Below the pieces are notes generated by a model, which was not told where the DNA came from, did not search any database, and was given only the letters and a program-made list of their open reading frames with translations. The translations under genes were made by a program, and so were the position numbers. Below are positions 21,210 through 30,300 of a stretch of DNA of 64,000 nt, piece by piece; the first letter of the stretch is position 1; each line of letters begins with the position of its first letter. Origin of the DNA: Pyrodictiaceae archaeon (GTDB taxonomy: Archaea > Thermoproteota > Thermoprotei_A > Sulfolobales > Pyrodictiaceae); assembly GCA_027036135.1 (NCBI GenBank), contig JALVSY010000007.1, positions 868,880 to 932,879 of the forward strand, read 5' to 3'.

Positions 21210-21644
21210 TTGGTAACAGCTGTTACCGATTTGTGGGCCTGCCGCGGGGCGGCTGGAGGCCCCGCGGGGGCCCGGAGGGCGCGTCGTGACGGAGACTATG
21301 TAGGGGTGGGAGACGTGGAGGCTGTTGAGGTCCGTGTGGATGGGGTTGGTTCCCGGGCTAAATCTGTTTTTCCTGTTCGTGTGGAGCCTGTGGAGATCGA
21401 GAAGCAGGTTTTCAAGTTGAAGAACCAGCTGGCATGGCTTGCTTATCGTAGCCGTGACGTGAAGGTTGTCAAGGCTGCGTCCCGGCTCCTCGTTTCCCTA
21501 ACCGAGCTCCTGGAGGATCTTGGCGAGCTCGGGTTTGTTGATGGTGATCCCTCCGTGCTTGTGCCTCTTCTCAGTCGTCTTGCCGTCCTCGAGTCTGAGG
21601 CTGAGTCCCTTCTCCGTGTACCGGAGAACGCGCGTGAGGGGTGA
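21210..21644 (+). CDS. Hypothetical helical protein (true start probably downstream)
   Basis: First gene of a tightly packed operon. Confidence 0.5.
   Translation: MVTAVTDLWACRGAAGGPAGARRARRDGDYVGVGDVEAVEVRVDGVGSRAKSVFPVRVEPVEIEKQVFKLKNQLAWLAYRSRDVKVVKAASRLLVSLTELLEDLGELGFVDGDPSVLVPLLSRLAVLESEAESLLRVPENAREG
21212..21227. promoter_or_regulatory. Perfect 16-bp palindrome GGTAACAGCTGTTACC, putative operator
   Basis: Lies right after CATAAAT, ahead of the 21.3-24.9 kb operon. Confidence 0.5.
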
Positions 21645-21650
21645 GGGGGC

Positions 21651-21881
21651 GTGGATGACGTGGTGGTTGTGTTCTCGGACGAGGTGGCTGGGCGTAGCAG
21701 GGTGGTGACGTTTAAGGCCGAGGAGGAGCTGGTGGAGATGCTTGACAGGGTTGCTAGGAGCCAGGGCTTGTCGAGGAGCGAGGCGATAAGGGAGGCCATT
21801 AGGCTCTACCTGGGCCTCAAGGCCCGTGGAGCCACGGGGCCCGTGGAGCCGAGGCGCCTGGGGGCGCTGAGGCTGGGGTGA
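21651..21881 (+). CDS. CopG/RHH regulator
   Basis: VVTFK...MLDRVARSQGLSRSEAIREAI. Confidence 0.85.
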   Translation: MDDVVVVFSDEVAGRSRVVTFKAEEELVEMLDRVARSQGLSRSEAIREAIRLYLGLKARGATGPVEPRRLGALRLG

Positions 21882-21887
21882 CGGGGC

Positions 21888-22040
21888 ATGGATGAGGCGT
21901 GTGCCGCGGGGTGCCGTGAGAGGCATTGCCGTGGCTCCTTCTGCGAGGCGGGTTATTGGCGCTGCCTCCTGGGCTGCGCCAGTGCCGAGGAAGCTGCGCG
22001 GCTCGCCAGCCTCTACTACGCCCTAGGCCTTATAGGGTGA
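21888..22040 (+). CDS. 50-aa Cys-rich microprotein (not in ORF track)
   Basis: MDEACAAGCRERHCRGSFCEAGYWRCLLGCASAEEAARLASLYYALGLIG; GGGGTGA upstream; its stop overlaps the next start (GTGA). Confidence 0.6.
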   Translation: MDEACAAGCRERHCRGSFCEAGYWRCLLGCASAEEAARLASLYYALGLIG

Positions 22041-22696
22041 GGAGCGCATTGGCTGCGGGGATTAGGCGCGGCGAGAAATACGTTGTCCGTAAAGTGAACG
22101 GTAGGTGGCCAGCCAAGCATACTGCAGGCCTAGACCCCGCGCTTGTGGGCCCGAGGGCCTTCGAGCACCCCGCGGTAAGGGCTTGGTGGGAGTGGCTGAG
22201 AAAGGAGTACAGGCCACAATACCCAGTAGCCCTGATTACTCCATGTAGCAGTGTGAAGCCCTACACCCGGAGCCCCACGTCGCGGAAGATACGTGGGCTG
22301 CTACGCCGCCTCGGCCTATGGAGCGATGCCAGCAATCAGCCCATTGGGTTGGAGTGGCTATACCTCAGCGACCTCCTGCTCCTAGTCCCCTATGAGCGGG
22401 CCGAGGGGTACCCCGCCTGCTGCTACGAGGTACCGCCCGAGGTCGTGCTCTGCAGCCCAGCGCTGCGCAGCCTAGTGACCAGTCTCCTCGCCGAAGTTGT
22501 GGAGAGGCTCTACGAGCGCGGATTGAGACGCGTCGTACTCTTCCTCCCCAAGAAGCACCTACGGCTCTGGAACGGGGCCAGGAAACGCGCGGTGAAGTGG
22601 CCGAGCGAGACGGTGACTAAGTACAGTATCTTCCGCTTCGACGGGCTCCCCCAAGCCCTCTCTCAGCTCCAAGGAGCTTTACAGGAGCTCCTGTAG
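22037..22696 (+). CDS. DUF5591 / archaeosine synthase ArcS-like domain protein
   Basis: LITPCSSVKPYTRSPT and LVPYE...YP..CY match the ArcS-type PCS..KPY..S motif; start GTG at 22037. Confidence 0.75.
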   Translation: MRSALAAGIRRGEKYVVRKVNGRWPAKHTAGLDPALVGPRAFEHPAVRAWWEWLRKEYRPQYPVALITPCSSVKPYTRSPTSRKIRGLLRRLGLWSDASNQPIGLEWLYLSDLLLLVPYERAEGYPACCYEVPPEVVLCSPALRSLVTSLLAEVVERLYERGLRRVVLFLPKKHLRLWNGARKRAVKWPSETVTKYSIFRFDGLPQALSQLQGALQELL

Positions 22697-22712
22697 CGGG
22701 GGGCGAGGCACC

Positions 22713-23642
22713 ATGGCTAGTCTGCGCAGCATAGCTGCTGGCCTCGGTGTGCCTTACTCCACGGCGTACGTCACGTTGGAGAGGTTGCTGGGGCTTAGGC
22801 CTCGCCACATAACAGCCATTGATAATTCTGATGACCAGATTATCAATGGGGATTATGTGGTCGCCGTAATTAGGTCTGTGCTGCTCTTGGCGAGGAATAG
22901 GCTAGAGTACTACACCATGCCGCCGATACCATTGTGGCCGTGGCTGCTTGTCCCCGTTAAGTCTGTAGACGTGTTGGAGAGGTTCCTCGCGGACATGGAG
23001 AGGCTTGGGGCGAGGCCCTCTGCTGTTATCCTCGACGTGGGGATAATGGAGTGGTTCAACAGAAAGACAATGGAGTATACCGGGGAGTTCTGGAGGGCTT
23101 TCTGGCACGGCGTCGACGCGGTGAGAGGGCTTGCCCGTAGATACAGGTTTGCGTGGAGGATTGTTCTCCCCGATGTACCCGCCACTGTTGAGGACAACAT
23201 CTCCCTCACCATGAGGTTGCAGGAGAGGCTGCTGGCGGAGCACCCCGAGCTGCCGTGGATACCTGTCGCGCAGGCCTCGAGGACTACTAGCCACTCTAAT
23301 CACCTAGCGTGGCTGGTTGAGACCGGGGTCGTGGAGAAGTATGGCTGCGTGGCGCTAGGCTCGCTCAAAGTACTGGCTGGCAGGAGGAAGCAGCTATGGA
23401 GGGACGCTGTAGACGGGGCTAGGGCTCTGCTCCACGAGCACGGCCTAGGCAGTGTTAAGCTGCACCTCTTCGGCGCCCCGCTGGACGCCGCCGTCTCCTC
23501 GAGGCTGCCGCCCGGCTCATGGGACTCGAAGACCTGGACCTTTCCCAGGGTGCCGTACCTGTGGAGCGCGAAGGATGGCTCGATGCGCGTAGTCTACTTC
23601 ACAACGTTCCTCGAGAGGCTCGTAGAGCTGCTGGCGGGGTGA
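22713..23642 (+). CDS. HTH-fused TGT/DpdA-like transglycosylase
   Basis: ILDVG, LPDVP, IPVAQ, ALGS, LHLFG, WDSKTW occur in TGT barrel order; N-terminal LRSIAAGLGVPYSTAY HTH. Confidence 0.7.
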   Translation: MASLRSIAAGLGVPYSTAYVTLERLLGLRPRHITAIDNSDDQIINGDYVVAVIRSVLLLARNRLEYYTMPPIPLWPWLLVPVKSVDVLERFLADMERLGARPSAVILDVGIMEWFNRKTMEYTGEFWRAFWHGVDAVRGLARRYRFAWRIVLPDVPATVEDNISLTMRLQERLLAEHPELPWIPVAQASRTTSHSNHLAWLVETGVVEKYGCVALGSLKVLAGRRKQLWRDAVDGARALLHEHGLGSVKLHLFGAPLDAAVSSRLPPGSWDSKTWTFPRVPYLWSAKDGSMRVVYFTTFLERLVELLAG

Positions 23643-23651
23643 GGGGCTGAG

Positions 23652-23852
23652 ATGATGGACCCCCTCCTCCTCGGCGCAGCGGGGCTCGCTGGCTTCGGGC
23701 TAGGCGTCGTCGCCGGAGGCTACGCCGTGGCTAAGAAGGCCCGGCTGCTCCGGAAGAGCCTCAGCGACTGCGAGCGGGCCGTTCACGAGCTCCAGAAGCT
23801 CCTCCGCTTCTACAGAGCTGTGCTCAACGACAACGGGGGCGGCAATGAATGA
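23652..23852 (+). CDS. Small TM + coiled-coil protein
   Basis: Gly-rich TM followed by a heptad region. Confidence 0.55.
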   Translation: MMDPLLLGAAGLAGFGLGVVAGGYAVAKKARLLRKSLSDCERAVHELQKLLRFYRAVLNDNGGGNE

Positions 23853-24085
23853 GGATAACTATGCGCCAAGGGCTCTACAGGGAAACTATCGCTGGCGCCG
23901 TATGGCTCCTGCTCAGGCTACGGGGCTGCATGCCCCCGGGGGAGATACTCGAGGAACTCCACCAACTAGGCCTCGACACCAGCCGCTCGACCCTGCACCG
24001 AGTGCTGCGGGAGTACACAGGGAGGCTCTTCGAGAGAACGAGGAACGCTGGCCGCATACTCTACTGCGCGATAAGAGAGGTGTAG
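23849..24085 (+). CDS. Small winged-helix protein
   Basis: EILEELHQLGLDTSRSTLHRVL...ILY; start overlaps previous stop (ATGA). Confidence 0.65.
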   Translation: MRITMRQGLYRETIAGAVWLLLRLRGCMPPGEILEELHQLGLDTSRSTLHRVLREYTGRLFERTRNAGRILYCAIREV

Positions 24086-24097
24086 GGGGCTGTGAGC

Positions 24098-24325
24098 ATG
24101 CGCGTTGAGCGCGTCGGTAATGAGCTAAGGGTGTGCGTAGACCACGCTACGGTAGCTGAGCTCCGGGGCCAGCGGCTAGGCGCCTTGCTCGTAGAGGAGC
24201 TTGGAGCCGACCCGGTGCTCGTCGTAGCTGTTCTCGAGGCGTTGGCGGAGGCTGCTGAGGAGCTACTAGCCGGGGACGAGGAGGGCTCGGAGCCGTTGTT
24301 CTGCATTGTGTTTAGGCCGGGCTAG
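24098..24325 (+). CDS. Small hypothetical protein
   Basis: Packed in the operon with a G-rich RBS. Confidence 0.55.
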   Translation: MRVERVGNELRVCVDHATVAELRGQRLGALLVEELGADPVLVVAVLEALAEAAEELLAGDEEGSEPLFCIVFRPG

Positions 24326-24328
24326 GGG

Positions 24329-24919
24329 GTGGTGAGCGTGGCGAGCCCGCGCTGGGCAGGGGAGAAGAGGAGCGCCGCGCTAGCAGCTGTTAACACTGTT
24401 CTCCCAGACATAGTTGGGCCCGCGAAGCGCATGGGGCTACTGGTTAGCGTTGAGTCCACCAAGGACCTGCGGGTCCACGTCGTCACAGTGGAGCTGCCTG
24501 GCTCCAAGCCCCTCATATTAGCACTCTACGCTACCACGGAGGAGTCTAGACCCATTACGTGGAGCAGGCTCGGGCCACGGCTAGAGAGGCTGGAGAAGCA
24601 CCGGGGGCGCTGGGCCCCGCCAGGCGGCGACACGCTCTACTTCGTGCTAGCCGCTTCCCCGAGGACACGTGTCACGGGCCCCGCGAGGAGGATGCTTGCC
24701 AGGAGAAAGGTGCTCTTCCTAACCCCGAGGAAGCTACGCCTCTGGTTCAACCGCTACTTCAACCGCCGCCTAGCAGGGCTAATAAAGAAGCTCAGAGCCA
24801 AGAAGGCCAAGGCGTACGACAAGCTCGCAGAGCTCCTCCGCGTCCTCTACCTCCTAGCCTCCAGGCTAGGACCAGTAACTATTAGCCTACACGAAGTCGA
24901 GGCCATGGTCCGCGCCTAG
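24329..24919 (+). CDS. Basic uncharacterised protein, candidate replication initiator; homolog of 58418-59077
   Basis: Last gene of a CopG-containing operon, followed by ~700 bp non-coding DNA; aligns by eye with the backbone ORF. Confidence 0.7.
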   Translation: MVSVASPRWAGEKRSAALAAVNTVLPDIVGPAKRMGLLVSVESTKDLRVHVVTVELPGSKPLILALYATTEESRPITWSRLGPRLERLEKHRGRWAPPGGDTLYFVLAASPRTRVTGPARRMLARRKVLFLTPRKLRLWFNRYFNRRLAGLIKKLRAKKAKAYDKLAELLRVLYLLASRLGPVTISLHEVEAMVRA

Positions 24920-25610
24920 CCCCCCTAGGCCCCCCTATGCGTATTTAGTTAAACAGTATTACTACCTTTTCTCCAAATAGCTAACAACACGTCATGGGTA
25001 ATACCATTACTTCTAAGAAGCTGCTCCCAGAGCATAGTCTCCTAGGCAACTTATCGGCTAACCTGTTCCCCGAAGCCATCTTCTATAAATCATAGGTTAA
25101 ACAAGGACGGGAGAAACTACTCTCCCTGCAAGGCCTGGGCCGATACTATTCCACGGCGTCGACAGCGTAGAGCTCACCCCGGGATCCTATATGGAGAGTA
25201 GAATAGCTTCGGCCTGGTACTGGCGCGGCTGCGTCCCTGGCCCCAGCTATGCCAGTGTATATCGCCTGACAACCATGACGAGGCAAGGCTTATCGCCTAA
25301 CCTGGCTGTAAAGCTACGTAATAGAGTTAGCCAAATGTCTTACCTGTTCTCCTCGAGCTGGCAGCTGTTAGCACGGTGTTATACAAGAGCTATGTGGAGT
25401 TGCACAGGGCTGGGCTCTCTTCGCCTGAGCTCTCAGCAATCACGCAGTGGGAGACAATAGCGGGCTAGAATATTATACAAAGTATTCTTTTTCTTAAGGT
25501 ATACATAGCATAGTTATAGTTGTTGTGTGTCGACGAGGGCTTCTTCCCAGTTGTTCTTTTGTTCTTGTTCTTGGTTTATGTGGCTCCAAGAATTGGACGC
25601 TGGGTTTAAA
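24920..25610. other. Non-coding region with repeated TCGCCT boxes; candidate replication origin of the element
   Basis: TTATCGGCTAACCTG 25051, ATATCGCCTGA 25259, TTATCGCCTAACCTG 25290, TCTTCGCCTGA 25418, then an AT-rich tract ~25468-25520. Confidence 0.45.
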
Positions 25611-25652
25611 TAGGTGTTTAGGGTACCCTAGAGGGTGGGTGGTGGCGTATTG

Positions 25653-26084
25653 GTGCAGCGGAAACAGCTGTGCCTCTACATTAACACGAGTATGTTGATA
25701 CGGGCGCTGGAGGACCCGGGGGCTCGGGAGTTCCTCGGGGAGTGCTGCTCTAGGCACCAATGTGTGGTTAGTAGTGTTCATTGGAGGGAGGAGTGGAGGC
25801 GTAACACTCTCACCAAGCTCGCCGGGCTCCTCATGGGGCTTGGCATTGCCACTGTGGAGGTTAATGTGGAGGTGCTTGAGGAGGAAGCTACAAGCCTCAT
25901 CGAGGAACGTGGCTGGAGCCCTAGGAGGCTCGTAGACCTCATGCACGTCCTCGCTGCTGTCGAGCTTGGCTGCCACGGGGTAATCGCCGTCGACAGGTTC
26001 ATGGCCAGGCGGGCAAAGGAATATGGCCTACTCTACGTCAACCAGTACACGGGGTGCCCAAAGGATGGGCAGGCTCTACCGTGA
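25653..26084 (+). CDS. PIN-domain (VapC-like) protein
   Basis: YINTS, REE, VDLMHVLAA, AVDR. Confidence 0.8.
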   Translation: MQRKQLCLYINTSMLIRALEDPGAREFLGECCSRHQCVVSSVHWREEWRRNTLTKLAGLLMGLGIATVEVNVEVLEEEATSLIEERGWSPRRLVDLMHVLAAVELGCHGVIAVDRFMARRAKEYGLLYVNQYTGCPKDGQALP

Positions 26085-26271
26085 GTGGAGAAGGCTCCGC
26101 GATCAGGCGGGGGAGCTGCTATACCTCGTTGTTAAGGCCCGCCGCCTCGGCCACGGCGAGGCGGCACGCAGCATCTACGAGGACTGGAAGAATGAGAAGA
26201 TAGGCTTCGAGGAGGCCAAGAAGAAGCTGGAGCAGCTTCTGGCAGAGGCTAGGGCGGCGGCAAGGGCTTAG
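26065..26271 (+). CDS. Small helical protein, probable antitoxin partner
   Basis: Overlaps the PIN gene 3' end. Confidence 0.5.
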   Translation: MGRLYREWRRLRDQAGELLYLVVKARRLGHGEAARSIYEDWKNEKIGFEEAKKKLEQLLAEARAAARA

Positions 26272-26477
26272 TTCCTGCCTTCTCCCTTTTCCCGCCTATA
26301 GATGGGTTCTAGGGTTATCCTCCCCGTGTCCTCGTCGAGGTAGATGTTGTAGGCTTCTATCCTCTCTGCGAGATGCTTGGGTATCTTCACCTTCACGTAG
26401 TAGTCCTCGTAGTACCTGTCTCCTACTCTGCGCCTAGTCCTGGTCACCCTGACGCGGCGGGGCCTAGTTACTGGCAA
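26268..26477 (-). CDS. AbrB-like small DNA-binding protein
   Basis: YYVKVKIPK...ITLEP. Confidence 0.55.
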   Translation of the reverse strand: MPVTRPRRVRVTRTRRRVGDRYYEDYYVKVKIPKHLAERIEAYNIYLDEDTGRITLEPIYRREKGEGRN

Positions 26478-26496
26478 GACGCTGCACCCACCCTAG

Positions 26497-26544
26497 TAGG
26501 GTACCCCAGAATACTTATAAACCTCAATCTAGGGTACCCCAGAA
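26497..26544. promoter_or_regulatory. Divergent promoter with two TAGGGTACCCCAGAA repeats flanking a TATA box
   Basis: Repeats at 26497-26511 and 26530-26544 with CTTATAAA between them; related palindrome TAGGGTACCCTA at 25619-25630. Confidence 0.55.
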
Positions 26545-26559
26545 ACCGGGAGGAGAACC

Positions 26560-26763
26560 ATGCAGATACGCGAGACCCTCGCCCAGGTACTCGCCCACCT
26601 AGCCAGGCTCGGCTACAAGCCAGTCTTCGTCGACAAGGCTCCTCTTGACGCGACTCTATACGGTGCAGGCTGGGGTACAATAGTCTTCGAGAAATGCGGT
26701 GAGTATTGGCAGGCAGTGCTGAACCAAGCGAGAAGAATAGTGGTGGTCTCTAGGCTTGGCTAG
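26560..26763 (+). CDS. Small hypothetical protein
   Basis: GGGAGG RBS and ATG. Confidence 0.55.
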   Translation: MQIRETLAQVLAHLARLGYKPVFVDKAPLDATLYGAGWGTIVFEKCGEYWQAVLNQARRIVVVSRLG

Positions 26764-26797
26764 CCGCGTTTCTTTCTTTTCCTAGAGCGTCTCTCCG

Positions 26798-27055
26798 TTA
26801 CCCAGGTGCCGCGAGGAAGTACTCCAGCAGCGCCACAGCAGCTATAGCGGCGACAAGCACTATGCCCAGCCTCCTCACCGCCTCGCTCTCCCTCGAACCC
26901 AGGAGCCATGTCACTATAGCCCATAGAGCTATGTCTACGTCTCCTGGGGCCTTGATTCCTAGCATGAGTAATAGTGTTGACACAGGATGAAGCACTGTGT
27001 GAAGATAAGCGCTTACCTGGGCAAGAGCCTCTCCCAGCCCCGGGCCGAGAATCAT
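26798..27055 (-). CDS. Small membrane protein
   Basis: Hydrophobic segments; start inferred at MILGPG. Confidence 0.45.
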   Translation of the reverse strand: MILGPGLGEALAQVSAYLHTVLHPVSTLLLMLGIKAPGDVDIALWAIVTWLLGSRESEAVRRLGIVLVAAIAAVALLEYFLAAPG

Positions 27056-27385
27056 TCTGCCTCTCCCCAGACAAGCTCCCGGGCTGGGAGAAGGAGACAT
27101 AGCAGATTCCGAGCACCCTAACCTCTTGGACCCCCATACGCTTGGCAACATACATGGTTAAGTAGCACAGCACAAATACCACAACAATTGCCATAACTAC
27201 AACGTCTTTTGCTCCACGCAGGCTATGCGTAATAAGAAAAATCACGCAATCATTAACCATATTATCACAGGGCGCCATCACACTTTGCCTGAAGCGGTGC
27301 TTTCGGCTTTCATGACAGGTGCTTGTAGGAAACGCTTACTTATTCGATTCCTATTCTCCCGGCCCTGCTTTCTAGTGGGTGAGGC

Positions 27386-30300
27386 TTGGGCTTGGCTCGG
27401 AGGGATGTTGAGAAGAGCCGTGTTCTCGGGGGCACCCATTATGTTGGCTGGGTTCGTCTAAGGCCACGCCTCGGCTATGAGAAGGAGTTTGCGCAGCTCG
27501 TGGCTATGAGCCCACATGTTGTGCTGGAGGCTCATCGGCTCGGGGACAGGCTCGAGTTCTATGCATGGATACGCGACATTGCGTTGCCGCTGCTTAGGCG
27601 CAGGGCTAGCGTGGAGCCCGTCGAGGAGCCTCCGCCTCTCACGCAGAAGTGGGTAGCCGAGCTACGGGCTCCGAGCGATGCCTGGGAGACTGGGGTCGAG
27701 GTCAGTGAGGCCTGGCTATCGGTATATGACTGGCTCTTGCCAGGTGAGGCGGTGCAGATTGTAGGGTTCTACGATATGAGGACGCACCGGGAACTCGCCA
27801 AGAAGGCTAGGCATTATAGGCTAGGCGAGAAACCGGAGCTGAAGGGGCTGGGGCCCCTCGAGTACCACAAGAAGGACCCGGATAGGGCAAGGCATCTCTC
27901 CCAGCTAAGCACTAAGAGGATCTACATAACAGCTGTCAGGTTCTACGCCGATGACAAGAAGCGTGTCAAGGAGCTCGGGGAGAGGGCTGCGGGCTTCTTC
28001 ACTCCGGCCCTCAGGGCTAGGGTGTCGAGGAGAGGGAACCTGGCCAAGCTGCGGGACCCCATGAGTCTCATGGGCAGGTTTCACCCCAGGAAAGAGTACC
28101 CCTGGATACCCCAGGATAGCTTCATGAACCTTGTGCGCCTCCCGCGGCCCGACGAGGTATCGGCCCGCCTCGACTTCGCCCGGGGCGCCGCCCTACCCCA
28201 GGTAGCTCCGAGGCCCCGGGGGCTGTGTATCAGGCTGGGGGAGCTGGAGAACGGCGAAGAGTACTGCCTGCCCCTCGAGGAGCTCCAGCGTCACGCATGG
28301 GTGATAGGCCAGACTGGCTCCGGCAAGTCCACGTTTCTCTGGAATCTCTCCCTAAGGCTGCTCGAGAAGGGCCGGGGAGCCGTAGTCGTCATCGACCCTC
28401 ACGGCGACCTCGCCTTCGACGTCCTCGAGTCGGCTCCACGGCTTGACCGCGTCTACCTTCTCGACCCTATGCGGAAACCCTTCGGCCTCAATCCTCTCGA
28501 CCTTCCTCGGCTCCCTGACCGGGGCCAGGCCGTGGCCCTCGCTGTGGACCACCTGATCACGATCTTCGAGAAGGTGCTGCGGTTGCCCGAGACGGCTGTG
28601 AATGTTCGCTACCTGTTACAGGTGCTCCTAAGATACATGTACGAGAGGATGGATTCCCCGACGCTGGGCGACGTCTATGCAGCGATAGTGGCGCTGTATC
28701 ATGGGCAGCTCGACCTACCTGTCGAGGACCCGGAGTGGCGGGTACAGGTTGAGGCACTGCAGCGGCTCCAGGATCAGACGTTCTTAAGTGCCCTCTCGAG
28801 GCTCGAGCCCTTCGCCAACCACCCCATACTTAGGAGGATAACCTCCCGGACCACGGTGCCTCTCGAGGAGGTGTTGCGGCCTGGTAGCCTGGTGCTGATT
28901 CGGCTCCCTAAGGGCGAGCTGGGCGAGTCCGTGCTCCGGCTCCTCGCGCCAGCCATAGTGCTCCGCCTATGGTTTTACGCCCTGGAGCGCGCGGCCCGCG
29001 GCGAGGAGAGGGCCCCGATCTATGTCGTCATAGACGAGTTCCAGAACCTCGCTGGGCTCCCCGTCGTGGAGACCATTCTCTCGGAGGCCCGTAAATACGG
29101 CCTCCACCTCGTCATGGCTCACCAGCATACCAAGCAGTTGCCCGAGGAGCTGCTCCAGAGCGTATTCAGCAACACTGGTGTCAAGGTGGTGTTCAGGGTG
29201 GGGGGCCAGGACCTCGAGAAGCTGAAGCAGCTAGACCCCGAGTTCGCCCAGGAGCTCGGCAAGGTTCTCGCAAGCCTCACTACTGGCCGCGCAGTGGTGA
29301 AGCGCTCTGGGCTCCCCGGCGAGGAGCCGCCGCCCCCAGCGCTGGTGAAGACCGATCCACCGCCGCGTAGACGGCTCAGCAACATAGGTGTAGTCGACAA
29401 GCTGCCCAGCTTCGCACCGCCCCCCGAGGAGCCCGGGGTCGATATAGTTGCTAGGCTGAACCCGGTGCTTCGTTATCTCCCAAGGGATAGGCTTGACCCG
29501 GTTGAGGCCTGGGTCTTGTTCCACGTCTATGAGGCGACGGAGGGTGGTTCCCGGGAGGAGCTGTGGAGTAATGTCTTGGTTCGGCTGGGGCTGCCGCGTA
29601 GCCGTGCCGATGAGGCCCGGAACAGTCTCGCGTCTAGGGGGTTGATCGAGGCGCGTAGGGAGGGGAACCGGTGGCTTGTTCGCTACGTGCGGGGGCTCTT
29701 TGAGGGTCTCCGCCAGGTTGCCCCGAGCGATGAGGGCTATGGTCTTGCTAGGCGTGCTCTGCTCTACTACTTCTCGAGGGGCTACGTGGTGTACCCTGCG
29801 AGGCAGGATCCTGGTTTGCCGGCGAGGCCGGATCTCGTGGCTATACCCTTTGACCCCTCCGGCATGAGCCTGAGGTACGATAGGGCGGTTGCGGTTGAGG
29901 TTGAGTCTTGTAACGAGCTCGGGACTCACCCTGAGCAAGTGATCCGGAACCTCCTCAAGCACTCCGGGGACGTGTTCGCGGAGGTCCACTTGTGGGCGCC
30001 GCTGGGCTGCAGGGGGAGGCTCGTGGAGATCCTCGCAAGGGTGGAGGGCAGGCTGCCGCTGCCGGTCAGGGTGATGCCGGAGGAGGAGCGCTCCGAGGCT
30101 GGCCATGGCGGCGGGCGCGCCGAGGCCGCCGGCATCGCTGGTGGTGCCGCTTCGCCTGCCCCCGCGGCTGCTGGTGGTGTTGCTGATGTCGGTGCTGGCG
30201 TGGCTGGCGGCGTCGAGGAGGAGGCTGTCGAGGGGGAGGCGCCGGGGGAGCAGCGCGTCGAGGGCGCTGGCGTCGGGGAGAAGCCCGTGGATGGGCAGCC

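Noticed and set aside
21926-22036. N-terminus of the 256-aa ORF call
   Set aside because: Overlaps a better-supported 50-aa ORF; the GTG at 22037 fits translational coupling.
25191-25460. 89-aa ORF in the candidate origin (also 57808-58032 and 58261-58464)
   Set aside because: No recognisable motifs or RBS; conservation between the two regions is of DNA motifs with indels, not of a reading frame.
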